Positions 19,204-30,100 of a stretch of DNA of 64,000 bases are shown one piece after another. Position numbers and translations under genes: made by a program. Within the stretch, counting starts at the first letter, position 1. Each line of letters starts with the position of its first letter. Source of the DNA: Cryomorphaceae bacterium (GTDB lineage: Bacteria > Bacteroidota > Bacteroidia > Flavobacteriales_D > SKUL01); the NCBI GenBank assembly GCA_007695365.1, contig REDV01000092.1, positions 4,844 to 68,843 of the forward strand, in the 5' to 3' direction. The notes under the pieces were generated by a model. The model made no database searches. It was not told where the DNA came from and saw nothing but the letters and a program-made list of their open reading frames with translations.

Positions 19204-20631
19204 TTATCCTTGATTTTTTTTGGACGGGATTTGCAAATTTAGCTTTTCGGCATAGGCAACCATAAACCGGTATGCAGCATCGTAATCATTGGGAATATCG
19301 CCGTCGAGAATGGCATCCTTAATGGCGTTCTTAATCTGGCCGATTTCAGGCCCGGGTTTGAGCTGAAAGGTCTCAATGATCTCTTTGCCATCAATGGGGG
19401 GCTGCCAGTTTCGGATGCGGTCTTTTTCTTCAACCTCCACAAGTCGCTTTTTTACACGCTCGTAGTTTTCCAAGTAGCGCTTAACCTTGGCTTCATTTTT
19501 TGAGGTGATATCTGCTTTGCATAAAGTCATTAAATCGTCCAGGTCGTCACCGGCTTCAAAGAGCAAACGCCTCAATGCAGAGTCGGTTGCTTCTTCTTTG
19601 GTGAGGGCAATGGGCCGGAGATGAAGCAGCACGAGCTTTTGCACATACTTCATTTTGTGGTCGAGAGGTAGTTTGAGCCGTTTAAAAATCTTAGGCACCA
19701 TCAAAGCTCCACGGTCTTCGTGTCCGTGAAAAGTCCAGCCGGCACCTTCAAAAAATCGTTTTGTTTCAGGCTTGGCAATATCATGGAGTAAGGCAGCCCA
19801 TCTTAGCCAAAGATTGTTGCTCTCATCCGATACATTGTCAACTACCTGAAGAGTGTGGTAGAAATTGTCTTTGTGCGCTATTCCGTTTTTAACTTCCACA
19901 CCATGAAGTTTGACAAGCTCCGGTAAGAACTGATCCAGCAAGCGTGTTTCAAAGAGAAGGTTTAAGCCAAGAGAGGGTTTTGGAGATAACAATATCCTGT
20001 TAAACTCAGTAGAGATGCGCTCGCCCGAAACGATTTCCAACCTTGGGCTGTTCCTTCGAATGGCTTTCAGCGCTTTGCTGTCAATTCTGAAGCCGAGTTC
20101 ACTGGCAAAACGCACGCCCCGCATCATGCGCAAGGGGTCGTCTGAGAATGTGATGTCGGGGTTGAGGGGCGTTTTGAGTAGTTTCTTTTCCAGATCCTGG
20201 AGTCCGCCAAATGGATCCACCACTTCCCCAAAATCACCAGGATTGAGCGAAATGGCCAAAGCATTAATGGTAAAATCACGTCTTTGTTGATCTTCTTCGA
20301 GCGTTCCGTCTTCAACAATGGGTTTGCGGGAATGTGCGCGGTAGGATTCTTTCCGGGCTCCAACAAATTCAATTTCATATCCTTGGTAGCGGAACATGGC
20401 GGTTTTAAAATTCTTGAAAACCGTCACCTTTTCAACGCCCAGTGCTGTTGCAACCGCTTCGGCCAGGCTACTGCCGCTTCCTTCGCACACAATGTCAATG
20501 TCTTTGTCGCCACGCTCCAATAGAAGGTCGCGCACAAAACCGCCAATAACGTAAGCCTTTTCGTTGAGCTTTACAGCTTGTTCAGAAATGGTTTGGAAAA
20601 CGGGGTGCCTAAGCTGGTGTGAGAGGTTCAT
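19204..20631 (-). CDS. cca: CCA-adding tRNA nucleotidyltransferase / poly(A) polymerase family with HD domain
   Basis: GGFVRDLLL...DIDIV nucleotidyltransferase head, RRDFTINA, and an HD region (LLHDIAKP). Confidence 0.85.
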   Translation of the reverse strand: MNLSHQLRHPVFQTISEQAVKLNEKAYVIGGFVRDLLLERGDKDIDIVCEGSGSSLAEAVATALGVEKVTVFKNFKTAMFRYQGYEIEFVGARKESYRAHSRKPIVEDGTLEEDQQRRDFTINALAISLNPGDFGEVVDPFGGLQDLEKKLLKTPLNPDITFSDDPLRMMRGVRFASELGFRIDSKALKAIRRNSPRLEIVSGERISTEFNRILLSPKPSLGLNLLFETRLLDQFLPELVKLHGVEVKNGIAHKDNFYHTLQVVDNVSDESNNLWLRWAALLHDIAKPETKRFFEGAGWTFHGHEDRGALMVPKIFKRLKLPLDHKMKYVQKLVLLHLRPIALTKEEATDSALRRLLFEAGDDLDDLMTLCKADITSKNEAKVKRYLENYERVKKRLVEVEEKDRIRNWQPPIDGKEIIETFQLKPGPEIGQIKNAIKDAILDGDIPNDYDAAYRFMVAYAEKLNLQIPSKKNQG

Positions 20632-20634
20632 GAA

Positions 20635-21195
20635 TCATCTTATCACTTGAATCTCCCCGTTAAGAGCCACTTTTATGATATCGGAAGGTTGGGGAAGCAT
20701 GGTTTCCTGACGTCGCAAATTTACGGCATAATCAACGCCGTCCAAAATGACCTGACCGATGTCGGAAAAACTTTTGGGTGCAGGTTGGCCGCTGATATTG
20801 GCCGAAGTTGAAACAATGGGCACATTGGCCTGCTGAATGAGCTTTTCGCAAAACACATCTTTGGCCATACGAATGGCTACTGAGCCGTCATCGCCCATCA
20901 CTTTTGAAGATACTCCTTTACCGCCGGGGTAAACGATGGTGAGAGGTCGTTTGGCAACGTCCATCAAATCCCACGCAATGGCGGGAACTTCATGTACGTG
21001 ACGATTAATACGGGCGTCGCGCTCAACCAAAAGAATGAGACCCATTTTATTTCCACGGTTCTTGATGTCCAGAATTTTCTGTACAGCCTCGTCATTGGAA
21101 GCGTCGCAGCCAAGACCCCAGATGGTGTCGGTAGGGTAAAGGAGTACCCCCCCCGAGCGCATGCACTCAACGGCTTTTTCTATTTCTTCTTTCAT
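20635..21195 (-). CDS. tsaC: L-threonylcarbamoyladenylate synthase (YrdC/TsaC type)
   Basis: 186 aa. YPTDTIWGLGCDA, RPLTIV and VSTSANISG motifs. Confidence 0.85.
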   Translation of the reverse strand: MKEEIEKAVECMRSGGVLLYPTDTIWGLGCDASNDEAVQKILDIKNRGNKMGLILLVERDARINRHVHEVPAIAWDLMDVAKRPLTIVYPGGKGVSSKVMGDDGSVAIRMAKDVFCEKLIQQANVPIVSTSANISGQPAPKSFSDIGQVILDGVDYAVNLRRQETMLPQPSDIIKVALNGEIQVIR

Positions 21196-22166
21196 GGTGT
21201 TGGGAACTGCTTAGCGTTAATCGTTGTGGCACACTTAAAATGACCTTCCGGACATTGTCCGTGGCCGTGAAGCCCACAGGGTCGGCAATCGAGCTTCTCA
21301 GTAGTTTCAATAACATGTGATTGATCGGATACCGGCCCGAAACCAAAATTGGGCACAGTAGAGCAGAAAACTGCCGCAACCGGGGCGTTCATGGCAGAGG
21401 CCAGGTGCATGGGGGCAGAATCGTTTACGTAGTTCATAGCAGCATATTTCATCAGGGCCGCCGACTGAAGCAACGATAATTTACCCGCAAGATTCACCAC
21501 ATTGTTCCGTTCGCAGTCTTCCGCAATGCGGTTGCACAAATCGCTGTCCGCCGGGCTGCCCAGCAGATAGATCTTAACCTCTCGGTCAATGGTCTGACAC
21601 AATTTTACCCACCCCTCTGCGGGGAACTGCTTCGTAAACCAAACCGACGCCGGAGCTACACATACAAAGGGCTGGCTTCTATATTGCCAAATTACTTGCT
21701 CGTCCTCAGCCGATACCTGTATTTCGGGTCGCGTAAGAGCTAAGTCGTTAGATACCAGTTCGAGGTTTCGTTCAATTTCGTGTTTGCCGTTACCCACTTC
21801 GTGGTTCACTTTTCGCGTGTAGCAAAACGAGAATGGATTCTTGTTGAATCCGACCTTATATCCTGCACCCGAAAACCAGGTGATAAACCCCGAAGTGCCA
21901 AACCGATGCAGGTTGAACACGGCGTCGAACTTTAATTTGCGAACCTTGGTGGCGACTTTCAACAGGTTGAGGTACTTGCCCTCTGTTTTGTCCCACACCA
22001 GTACCTCTTTCACATGGGGGTGGTGGCGCAAAAGCGACTCATTGCCTTTACGCACCAAAAATGAAATGGCAGCATCAGGATAGCGGCTTTTGAGAGCTGA
22101 AAGGATGGGCGTGGCCAATATTACATCGCCAATAAAAGCGGTTTGTATGATGAGTATGTTTTTCAA
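21192..22166 (-). CDS. glycosyltransferase family 9 (heptosyltransferase-like)
   Basis: ILIIQTAFIGDVILATP, and a C-terminal NDSAPMHLA motif typical of GT9. Confidence 0.8.
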   Translation of the reverse strand: MKNILIIQTAFIGDVILATPILSALKSRYPDAAISFLVRKGNESLLRHHPHVKEVLVWDKTEGKYLNLLKVATKVRKLKFDAVFNLHRFGTSGFITWFSGAGYKVGFNKNPFSFCYTRKVNHEVGNGKHEIERNLELVSNDLALTRPEIQVSAEDEQVIWQYRSQPFVCVAPASVWFTKQFPAEGWVKLCQTIDREVKIYLLGSPADSDLCNRIAEDCERNNVVNLAGKLSLLQSAALMKYAAMNYVNDSAPMHLASAMNAPVAAVFCSTVPNFGFGPVSDQSHVIETTEKLDCRPCGLHGHGQCPEGHFKCATTINAKQFPTP

Positions 22167-22973
22167 TCAGACGGCAACATTGAAATCACGCAGGGCGTCG
22201 TTCAACGATGTTTTTTTGTCGGTACTTTCTTTACGCGTTCCGATAATCAATGCGCATGGAACCTGATAAGTGCCGGCAGGAAATTGTTTGGGCAGACTTC
22301 CGGGAATGACTACCGAGCGGGGAGGAACTTCGCCGCGAAATTCTTTGGGTTCACTGCTGCTCACGTCAATAATGCGGGTAGAACCTGTGAGCACCACATT
22401 GGCACCCAGCACAGCTTCCTTTCCAACTCTTACTCCTTCTACCACAATACAACGCGAGCCGATAAACGCATTGTCTTCAATAATGACCGGCGAAGCCTGC
22501 AGGGGCTCCAGTACACCGCCAATACCCACTCCGCCGCTCAGGTGTACATTCTTGCCGATTTGCGCACAAGAACCTACGGTGGCCCAGGTGTCAACCATGG
22601 TTCCACCATCCACGTAGGCCCCGATATTGACGTATGAGGGCATCATGACCACGCCCTTCGCAATGAATGCGCCGTAGCGGGCAACTGCGTGCGGAACAAC
22701 GCGCACACCTGCGTCACTGTAATTGCGTTTAAGCTTCATTTTATCGTGAAACTCAAAAGGCCCCACTTCAATCACCTCCATTTGGCGAATGGGAAAATAG
22801 AGCACCACGGCTTTTTTTACCCATTCATTTACCTGCCAGCCTTCTTCAGTGGGTTGTGCACAACGTAACTCCCCGCAGTCTATGCGGGCAATGACCTCCT
22901 CAATGGCTTGTTGATATTTGGATTCTTTGAGAAGTTCGCGATTCTCCCAGGCTTCTTCTATGAGTTGACGCAT
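22167..22973 (-). CDS. dapD: 2,3,4,5-tetrahydropyridine-2,6-dicarboxylate N-succinyltransferase
   Basis: Left-handed beta-helix hexapeptide repeats and the N-terminal EEAWENRELL pattern of DapD. Confidence 0.85.
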   Translation of the reverse strand: MRQLIEEAWENRELLKESKYQQAIEEVIARIDCGELRCAQPTEEGWQVNEWVKKAVVLYFPIRQMEVIEVGPFEFHDKMKLKRNYSDAGVRVVPHAVARYGAFIAKGVVMMPSYVNIGAYVDGGTMVDTWATVGSCAQIGKNVHLSGGVGIGGVLEPLQASPVIIEDNAFIGSRCIVVEGVRVGKEAVLGANVVLTGSTRIIDVSSSEPKEFRGEVPPRSVVIPGSLPKQFPAGTYQVPCALIIGTRKESTDKKTSLNDALRDFNVAV

Positions 22974-23046
22974 GCGGATGGGTTTTGTGGCAAAGATATC
23001 TGAATGACGCTAAAGCCTGACCAGCTTATTTTGGTTACTTTGCGGC

Positions 23047-23469
23047 ATGGGCAGAATTGTGGCCATTGACTACGGAAGAAAACGAACGGGTATTGCCGCT
23101 ACCGATGATCTTCAGCTTATTGCTAGTGGGGTTACCACTGTCAGCAGTCACGATTTACTTGTGTGGTTGGGAAAATACTTTGAACAACATAAAGTAGATA
23201 CCCTGGTGGTGGGCGACCCGGTTGATTTGCGTGGTAACCCTGCAGAAGTTTCGCCTCAGGTGAATGCTTTTGTAAGGTCTTTTGAGCGCAGGTTTCCCCA
23301 TGTGAAGGTGGTGCGTGTTGACGAGCGTTTCACCTCCAAAATGGCATCACAGAGTATGCTGCAAAGCGGATTAAAGAAAAAAGACAGGCAAAACAAGGCG
23401 TTGATAGATGAAATCAGCGCCACGCTCATTCTTCAATCCTACCTCGAATCAGTTGGAAGGGTAGGTTAA
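23047..23469 (+). CDS. ruvX: Holliday junction resolvase-like RuvX/YqgF
   Basis: MGRIVAIDYGRKRTGIAATD..., 140 aa. Confidence 0.9.
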   Translation: MGRIVAIDYGRKRTGIAATDDLQLIASGVTTVSSHDLLVWLGKYFEQHKVDTLVVGDPVDLRGNPAEVSPQVNAFVRSFERRFPHVKVVRVDERFTSKMASQSMLQSGLKKKDRQNKALIDEISATLILQSYLESVGRVG

Positions 23470-23542
23470 CCCTAGTTACCTGCACACCTCCTTTGTTTTT
23501 CAGTGTGGGGGCATAGTTGTAACTTTGCGTCAAATCAACAGA

Positions 23543-24112
23543 ATGATACTTCCCATTGTACCTTACGGAGACCCCGTACTCAAGCGGCGCGCTGTAGATA
23601 TTGACGAAGGTTATGACGGTTTGAATGAGCTGATTGAGAACATGTACGAAACCATGTATCAGGCTCATGGCGTTGGATTGGCGGCACCTCAGGTGGGTCT
23701 GTCTATTCGGCTTTTTGTGGTGGATGGTGCCCCTTTTGCGGAGGATGAGGAAGATGCTGAGGACTTGAAAGACTTTAAAAAGGTATTCATCAACCCCGAA
23801 ATTATTGAAGAAAGCGGAGATGCCTGGGGCTTTGTAGAGGGGTGTTTGAGTATCCCGAACATCCGCGAAGAAGTGGTGCGAGAAGAGGACATTTTGATTC
23901 GGTATCTGGACGAGAACTTTAAACCGCACGAGGAGAAGTTTTCAGGATACCGGGCGCGGATTATTCAGCACGAGTATGATCATCTGGAAGGTGTATTATT
24001 TACAGATCGAATTTCGCCTTTGCGCCGCAGAATGTTGCGGGGCAAGCTCAACGACATAACCCGGGGTAAAACAGATGTGAGCTATCGCATGCGTTACCCG
24101 GTGAAAGCTTAA
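23543..24112 (+). CDS. def: peptide deformylase
   Basis: GVGLAAPQVG, EGCLS and HEYDHLEG metal-binding motifs. Start moved to MILPIVPYGDPVL. Confidence 0.92.
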   Translation: MILPIVPYGDPVLKRRAVDIDEGYDGLNELIENMYETMYQAHGVGLAAPQVGLSIRLFVVDGAPFAEDEEDAEDLKDFKKVFINPEIIEESGDAWGFVEGCLSIPNIREEVVREEDILIRYLDENFKPHEEKFSGYRARIIQHEYDHLEGVLFTDRISPLRRRMLRGKLNDITRGKTDVSYRMRYPVKA

Positions 24113-24132
24113 CCAAACTTAAAATAATAAGA

Positions 24133-24699
24133 ATGAAAACCAACATTGTAGCGTTTCTGCTTGGTGCGATTTTGATTACTGCCTGCGGAGGCTCAGCGAG
24201 TGAGCAGGAGCAAGCCAAAAATGAAATGGAGTCGCTGGCCCACAGAATTGATTCCTTGGAACAGGTTCTTTTCAGCCATGAGTCGAGGGTTGATCGGGAG
24301 GCAGCAGCTCAGCTTCTTCAGTCGTACATCAAATTTGTGGATACCTATCCGACAGATGAACGCGCACCACATTTCCTCTACAAAGGAGCTGGAATTGCGC
24401 GCGGTGTTGGGGTGCACAACCGGGCCATTGAAATGTACTTCCGCATTCTGGATGATTATCCGGATTTTGGTAAAGATCCTGAGATATACTTTTTGATAGC
24501 TTTCACGCTCGACAATGACGTAAAGGACATTGAAGGAGCCAAGGGTATGTACAACGAGGTAATTGCGCGTTTCCCGGATCATGAGTTTGCAGTTCAGGCT
24601 GAAGAGCGCCTTAAAACCATTGACCTCACCGATGAAGAACTTATTGAGCTCTTTATGCAGCGCAATGCGGAAGCCGAAGCGGGAGCTGCAGGAAGCTAG
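24133..24699 (+). CDS. TPR-like lipoprotein
   Basis: Lipobox ILITAC, with helical TPR-like repeats. Confidence 0.6.
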   Translation: MKTNIVAFLLGAILITACGGSASEQEQAKNEMESLAHRIDSLEQVLFSHESRVDREAAAQLLQSYIKFVDTYPTDERAPHFLYKGAGIARGVGVHNRAIEMYFRILDDYPDFGKDPEIYFLIAFTLDNDVKDIEGAKGMYNEVIARFPDHEFAVQAEERLKTIDLTDEELIELFMQRNAEAEAGAAGS

Positions 24700-24739
24700 A
24701 TGAAATTTAAGGCTCAGACACAGACTGTAGGATAAAATA

Positions 24740-24772
24740 AACGCCCTCTCAATTTTGAAAGGGCGTTTTTCA
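24740..24772. terminator. bidirectional intrinsic terminator between convergent genes
   Basis: AAACGCCCU-cucaauuuuga-AGGGCGUUUUU hairpin flanked by an A-tract and a T-tract. Confidence 0.7.
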
Positions 24773-24789
24773 TTGCTATAAGCAGTTAG

Positions 24790-25704
24790 TTAGCGGACTA
24801 TCAGCTTAAAATTGCGCTCAAACTTTTCAGAAGAAAGATTGACCATGTACAACCCGCTGTTGAGTCCATTCAAAGCCAGTGTGTGCAATTCGTTTCCAAC
24901 AAGAGTCTCGTTTCGAAGTAATTTACCGCTCAGGTCATACATCTGCATGTGCACTTCGTTTTCCAGGCCATTCAGGTTGACTTGAAAATGGGTTGTGGCG
25001 GGATTCGGGAAAATCGAAACGTTGTGAAGCAGGTGCCCGGCAGTAGAAGTAGGGTCTTCCGTTTCGAATTCTGCAACCACATCATCAATGTAGTAACGGT
25101 TGTTGTTGTTGATGGAGTAAAAGTTAACACCACCCAAGGTGTTGAAGTACATCGCTGTGGTATAAACAGGAAGGTCGTTAATGTAAACGTCCATCAGAGC
25201 AGCATCCAAATCAATATCATGAAGGACTGAAAACCACTCTCCTTCGGGATAGCTGAAAGTGCCCAAAACGGTGTTTCCGAGTTTTATGGCAGCAATTCCC
25301 GGACTGTTTCCATTTTCATTGAAGTACACATTAAAATTCCAACCAACGCCCGGCGTTTCGCTTGATTGATGGTTGTAGTAAGCAGTTTTACCGGCAGGAA
25401 TCAACATGTTCCATCCAATGTTTATTGCACCAGATGAATAGTCATCTCCAAGAAGCAAAATCACATCTTCAACACCGCCCTCCGCAACGCGAAGGGAGTG
25501 AGGCGCACTCGCAAATTCCTCTTCCACAACAAAGCATTCCATACCACCTCCCGGGTTCATGTCCCAGGTTATCCATTGGTCGGTTTGTGTGGTGAGAGGA
25601 CCAGGTTCATAATTGTCAAAATCATCATAGATGTTTTGACCTTGTACATTCATTGAAAAGCACGCAGCCAATGCCACGCTCAAAACAGATAATTGATTTT
25701 TCAT
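24790..25704 (-). CDS. secreted protein with T9SS type A C-terminal sorting domain
   Basis: Signal peptide. C-terminal VSIFPNPATTHFQVNL...GLYMVNLSSEKFERNFKLIVR matches the Por_Secre_tail pattern. Confidence 0.75.
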   Translation of the reverse strand: MKNQLSVLSVALAACFSMNVQGQNIYDDFDNYEPGPLTTQTDQWITWDMNPGGGMECFVVEEEFASAPHSLRVAEGGVEDVILLLGDDYSSGAINIGWNMLIPAGKTAYYNHQSSETPGVGWNFNVYFNENGNSPGIAAIKLGNTVLGTFSYPEGEWFSVLHDIDLDAALMDVYINDLPVYTTAMYFNTLGGVNFYSINNNNRYYIDDVVAEFETEDPTSTAGHLLHNVSIFPNPATTHFQVNLNGLENEVHMQMYDLSGKLLRNETLVGNELHTLALNGLNSGLYMVNLSSEKFERNFKLIVR

Positions 25705-25864
25705 GGGTGATAGATTTTAGGTTAATGTTCACCCAATATTAAGAAAATCAAATGATTGCGAGGGGTGTTTTGCTAGTACCGTTTGACGAACGGCATTTTT
25801 TCAGTATGATTCGATAGCAAAACCGTAGGTAACGGAATTTATAAAAGTGCTAATAACAATAGAA

Positions 25865-26350
25865 TTACAGCCACTTCAAAGCAATCATCTTCACAGCGGC
25901 AACAGCGCATTCTACGCCTTTGTTTCCGTGCTTACCACCTGATCTTGCCCGGGCCTGGTCTATGTTGTTGTCGGTGAGTACGCCAAATATAACTGGCGCG
26001 CTGTGCTTGATTCCCACTTGCATAATGCCCTGAGCAGTGGCGTTGCACACAAACTCAAAATGGCGGGTTTCTCCCTGAATCACGCTACCCAGCGCAACCA
26101 CGCCGTCTGCTCCGGCACCTTCAATAAGCCACTCGGCAACAAGGGGCAACTCAAAGCTGCCAGGTGCATAGCGAACAATGATGTTCTCTTCAAGCACACC
26201 CATTTTGAGCAAAGCCTCTTGTGCTCCTTGCAAGAGGTTGCTGGTGATTTCGATGTTCCACTCCGATACGGCAATCCCCACACGCATGCGCTCTGTGCCT
26301 TCAACGGGACTCAGGTCGTAATCCGACAGGTTTTGGTTGGAAGTAGCCAC
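25865..26350 (-). CDS. ribH: 6,7-dimethyl-8-ribityllumazine synthase
   Basis: RVGIAVSEWN..., PGSFELP, VIFGVLT, and 161 aa. Confidence 0.92.
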   Translation of the reverse strand: MATSNQNLSDYDLSPVEGTERMRVGIAVSEWNIEITSNLLQGAQEALLKMGVLEENIIVRYAPGSFELPLVAEWLIEGAGADGVVALGSVIQGETRHFEFVCNATAQGIMQVGIKHSAPVIFGVLTDNNIDQARARSGGKHGNKGVECAVAAVKMIALKWL

Positions 26351-26364
26351 GTGGTTTATTTCAT

Positions 26365-26392
26365 AAAAAAGGCCCGTTAAACAGGGCCTTTT
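26365..26392 (-). terminator. intrinsic terminator after the TPR gene
   Basis: The minus strand reads GGCCC-UGUUUAAC-GGGCC followed by UUUUUU. Confidence 0.6.
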
Positions 26393-26403
26393 GGGTATCT
26401 CGA

Positions 26404-27090
26404 TTATCCGGCAAATGCCTCAGCACGCGCAATGTATTTGTCTATGCTGCGGGCTTCGGTAGAGTCGGGGTATTTCTTTTTGATATCCTTGTAAAGCGAC
26501 AGCGCCTTGCTGAAGTTGCCAAGTTCCTCGTAAACCAGGGCAGCCTTCATCATGTAAATAGGTGCGGTAAACTGATTGGCCGAGTGGCTGGCAGCTTTCT
26601 TAAACTGGCTCAGGGCTTTTTCATAATCGCCCAACTCAACGTAGCAATCGCCGATGGCACCAATAGCAACTGCTCCGGCCACTGCATCGTCTAATTGACC
26701 TTTTCTTAAATGATCGATGGCAAGCTCGTACTCACCTTGCTGCAAATAAATCAAACCTATGTAGTAGTTGGCTACTGTTGCATAGTTGGTCAGTCGGTAA
26801 TTGTCAGCGATTTCCAAAAAGCCGAAGTGGTTACCATCTCCATATAAAGCCAAATCCAGAGAATCTTGCTCAAAGTAGAACTCAGCTTTCCATATCAGCT
26901 CGGAAGCTTCCTGTTCCAATGGAAAAAGGTAGAGACGCGTAAACCCGAAATAACCGGCAAACAATACAAAAATTGCACTGGCAATGATGGTCAGTGTTTT
27001 GCGGTTCTTCTCAATATAGGCCTCTGTTTTGTCGTATGCTTCCTGCACATCCAGAATGGGTTCGTCAGAGGGCTTGTTTTTCTTGGCCAT
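26404..27090 (-). CDS. membrane-anchored tetratricopeptide-repeat protein
   Basis: N-terminal TM helix (IIASAIFVLFAGYFGF) followed by TPRs. Usual neighbour of ribH in Bacteroidota. Confidence 0.7.
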   Translation of the reverse strand: MAKKNKPSDEPILDVQEAYDKTEAYIEKNRKTLTIIASAIFVLFAGYFGFTRLYLFPLEQEASELIWKAEFYFEQDSLDLALYGDGNHFGFLEIADNYRLTNYATVANYYIGLIYLQQGEYELAIDHLRKGQLDDAVAGAVAIGAIGDCYVELGDYEKALSQFKKAASHSANQFTAPIYMMKAALVYEELGNFSKALSLYKDIKKKYPDSTEARSIDKYIARAEAFAG

Positions 27091-27193
27091 GGTTGCAAAT
27101 TTGAGCGGCGAAGATAGTTAATTTTTGAAAGCGGAAAATATCATGGCCTCAAATGGAAAAAGTCATACCGGTCAATCAAGGGAGGTCATGTTT

Positions 27194-30100
27194 CTAGCGC
27201 AGCACGGTTACGGTACCAACAAACTCACGCACCTCTTGCGTTGAAGCTGATTGCGCGATAACCTTCACCACATAGACTTCATCGTGAACAAAGTGTGAAC
27301 TTGTTCCAAGATGACTCCCATTCCATTTTTCAAAAAGATTGTCCGTAGAAAAAACCAATTGCCCCCAACGATTGAAAATTCTCATGCTGAAGTGGTCGGG
27401 ATCTATGTCCTCTCCCTGAACAAAAAACAGGTCATTGATGCCGTCTCCGTTGGGTGAGAATGCATTGGGGATATACACCACAAATTCCTCTCTTACCTCG
27501 AACTCGGCACAGCCTATATCGCTGCAGCCCCATTCATTCCAGGTGTACAGACAAACAGGATAAAAGCCGGGCTTGTCGGCAAATTCAATGACCGGATCGT
27601 TTTCTGTACTTGTTCCAAATTCGTGGAAATCCCACACAAAGGATGTATGCCCGATACTCTCATTGAAAAACTGCACAGGTCCATCATAAATACTGGCAAC
27701 GCGTGGGCTTGCAGTAAATCTTGATTTGGGTGAAGGCAGTACAGTAATTTCAAAGTAGTAGATGCTGTCGCAGCCACTGGGGGTTTGAAAAACATCAGCG
27801 TAGGTGCCTGATTGGGTGATAATCTGCCCTTTGAAGGTAACGTATTGCTCGCCGGAGCAAATACTATCAATAACTGTAGCAGAAAAAGTTGGTGCGATGG
27901 AAATGGTGAGATTGATAATCGAGTCACATCCATGCACGCTGGTAAATTCAAGCACGTAAAACCCATCTTGCGATATGGCGCTTCCATCCGGGCCTATGTA
28001 TGTCTGATTGTCGCAAACGATGATGGTCTGATCAATGTTGTACTCCGGAAAAATGGCGAGGTTATACAAAACAGTGCTATCGCAGCCAAAAATGTTGCTG
28101 TACATCTGCGGGTAGCTACCCGCTTCCGAAATTTCTGTGCCGTCGGGCAACGTGTAGGACTCTCCCGGGCAAATTCCTACCGGAATGTTCACCTCAGAAG
28201 TGGGGTGCACGGTGAGGGTCACCTGTACGGTGCTGTCGCAACCATGAACTGATGTGAAGTTAAAGGTGTAGTTTCCGCTTTGACTCACCAGACTGCCGTC
28301 GGGCATGGTATACTGCTCTCCGGCGCAAATTACCGGATTGAGGTTGGTTACGAACGTGGGAAATACGATAAGTTCAATCGTATAAAGGGTGTCGCAAAGT
28401 CCGCTTCCGGCGGCCGCTGTATAAGTTCCAGTTTGATTCACCACCTCACCATCAGGAAGTGTATAGTTCTGATTATCGCAAATGCTGGCTTCGATGCTTA
28501 CAGCAATGGTTTCGATTACATCGAGGTTCACCGTTACCGTGCTGTCGCAACCAAACTGCGTAAAGAGGTCAAATACGAATTGGCCGGAAACCTCCGTCGC
28601 ACTGCCATCGGGCAGGGTGTAGGTCTCACCTTCACAAATTACAGCTTCAATGAGCGTAGATTCCAGAGGATGTACAGTTACAGTTGTGGTAATAACACTG
28701 TCGCACTCCAGCACAGTCTGTAATTCTGAAATATAATTACCGGCTTGACTCACAGTGTTTCCATTGGGCAGTGTGTAGCTTTCTCCCTCACAGATGGAAA
28801 CCGCTTCATTCAAGTCGTAAACCAGTCCTACTGTGAGGTTGGTTATCACGAGCGAGTCACAACCCAAAACGGATGTGAACATGGTTTCATAGGCACCTTC
28901 CTGGCTCGTGGTGGTGCCATCGGGCAGGGTATACGATTCACCTTCGCAGATCACGGCCTCGGTAATGGTTTCAAAGTTTTGATCAATCACAGAGATGGTC
29001 ACCTCATCCGAAGCCGTACACCCGTTTTCATCGGTTACTGTCAGGGTGTAAGTAGTGGTCTGCCCAGGACTGGCTATAGGTGTTGGAGAAGTCGGGTCAT
29101 CAAGACTGTCTTCGGGTGTCCAGCTAAAAAGTTCTGCCGTTTGGCTGCTTCCATTGAGTGCGATGCCTGTGTTGGGGCAAATTTCAAGGTCTGTGCCGGC
29201 ATCTACGTCAGGATCGGGAAGCACCGTTGCCGTTAACTCTGCGGTTTCGCTGCAGCCATTTTCGTCGGTCACAGTAACTGAGTAGGTGGTACTTTGAGCG
29301 GGTGATGCAATCACCGTGGCCTCGTTGTTCACGTTAAGCCCTGTTGCCGGCGACCACTCATAAGCCACTCCTCCAGAGGCAGTGATTTCCACAGAACCAT
29401 CGATACACAGCTTGGGGTCTTCCGGCTCAAAAGTAACGACGGGTACGTCATTCAAGCTAACTGTTACTTCCGTCTCGTTTTCGCATGTACCTATCGCCCC
29501 AACCACCGAATAGGTCTGGGTGGCGGCCGGTGAGGCCTCTACGCTGGCACCCTCAGTGGCAGAAAGACCTGTTGCCGGCGACCATGTGTAGGTTTCTGCA
29601 CCGCTTGCCGTGAGGGTGATACTTTCGCCGGGGCATATACCGGGTTCGGTCGGGATCACGCTAATTTCCGGTAAGCTGATGACAGTAACTGTAACAGAAA
29701 CGGTGTCGCTGCATTCCTCATTTTCACCTGTAAGAAGATAGGTTTGGGTTTCTTCGGGAGAGGCAACCACAACAGGCCCGGTGGTAGTATCAAGTCCAAT
29801 GGCCGGCTCCCATGTGTACTCGTCGGCACCGCTTGCTGTGATGGTGATGGACTCACCTTCACAAATGATGGCAGATGCGGGTTCAACCACCAGTTCGAGC
29901 CCAAGGCCCACAGGTGTAATCGTAACGTATCCGTGTCCGGAATTGGTTCCTTGCGAACAACCTCCTCCGGCGGGAATCAGGCTCGAACCTCCTCCACCTG
30001 CACCACCGCCAAGTGTTCCGGATGCAAAGCAGTCGCTACCGCCGCCGCCGCCGCCATATAAGCCGCCACCACCGCCACCACCGGGTCCAACATTGTGGCA

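Noticed and set aside
25779-25850. Small hairpins CCGUU-ugacg-AACGG (25782..25796) and CCGU-uaccu-ACGG downstream of ribH
   Set aside because: The stems are only 4 to 5 bp. The U-tract orientation fits poorly for the first and weakly for the second, so I did not call a terminator.
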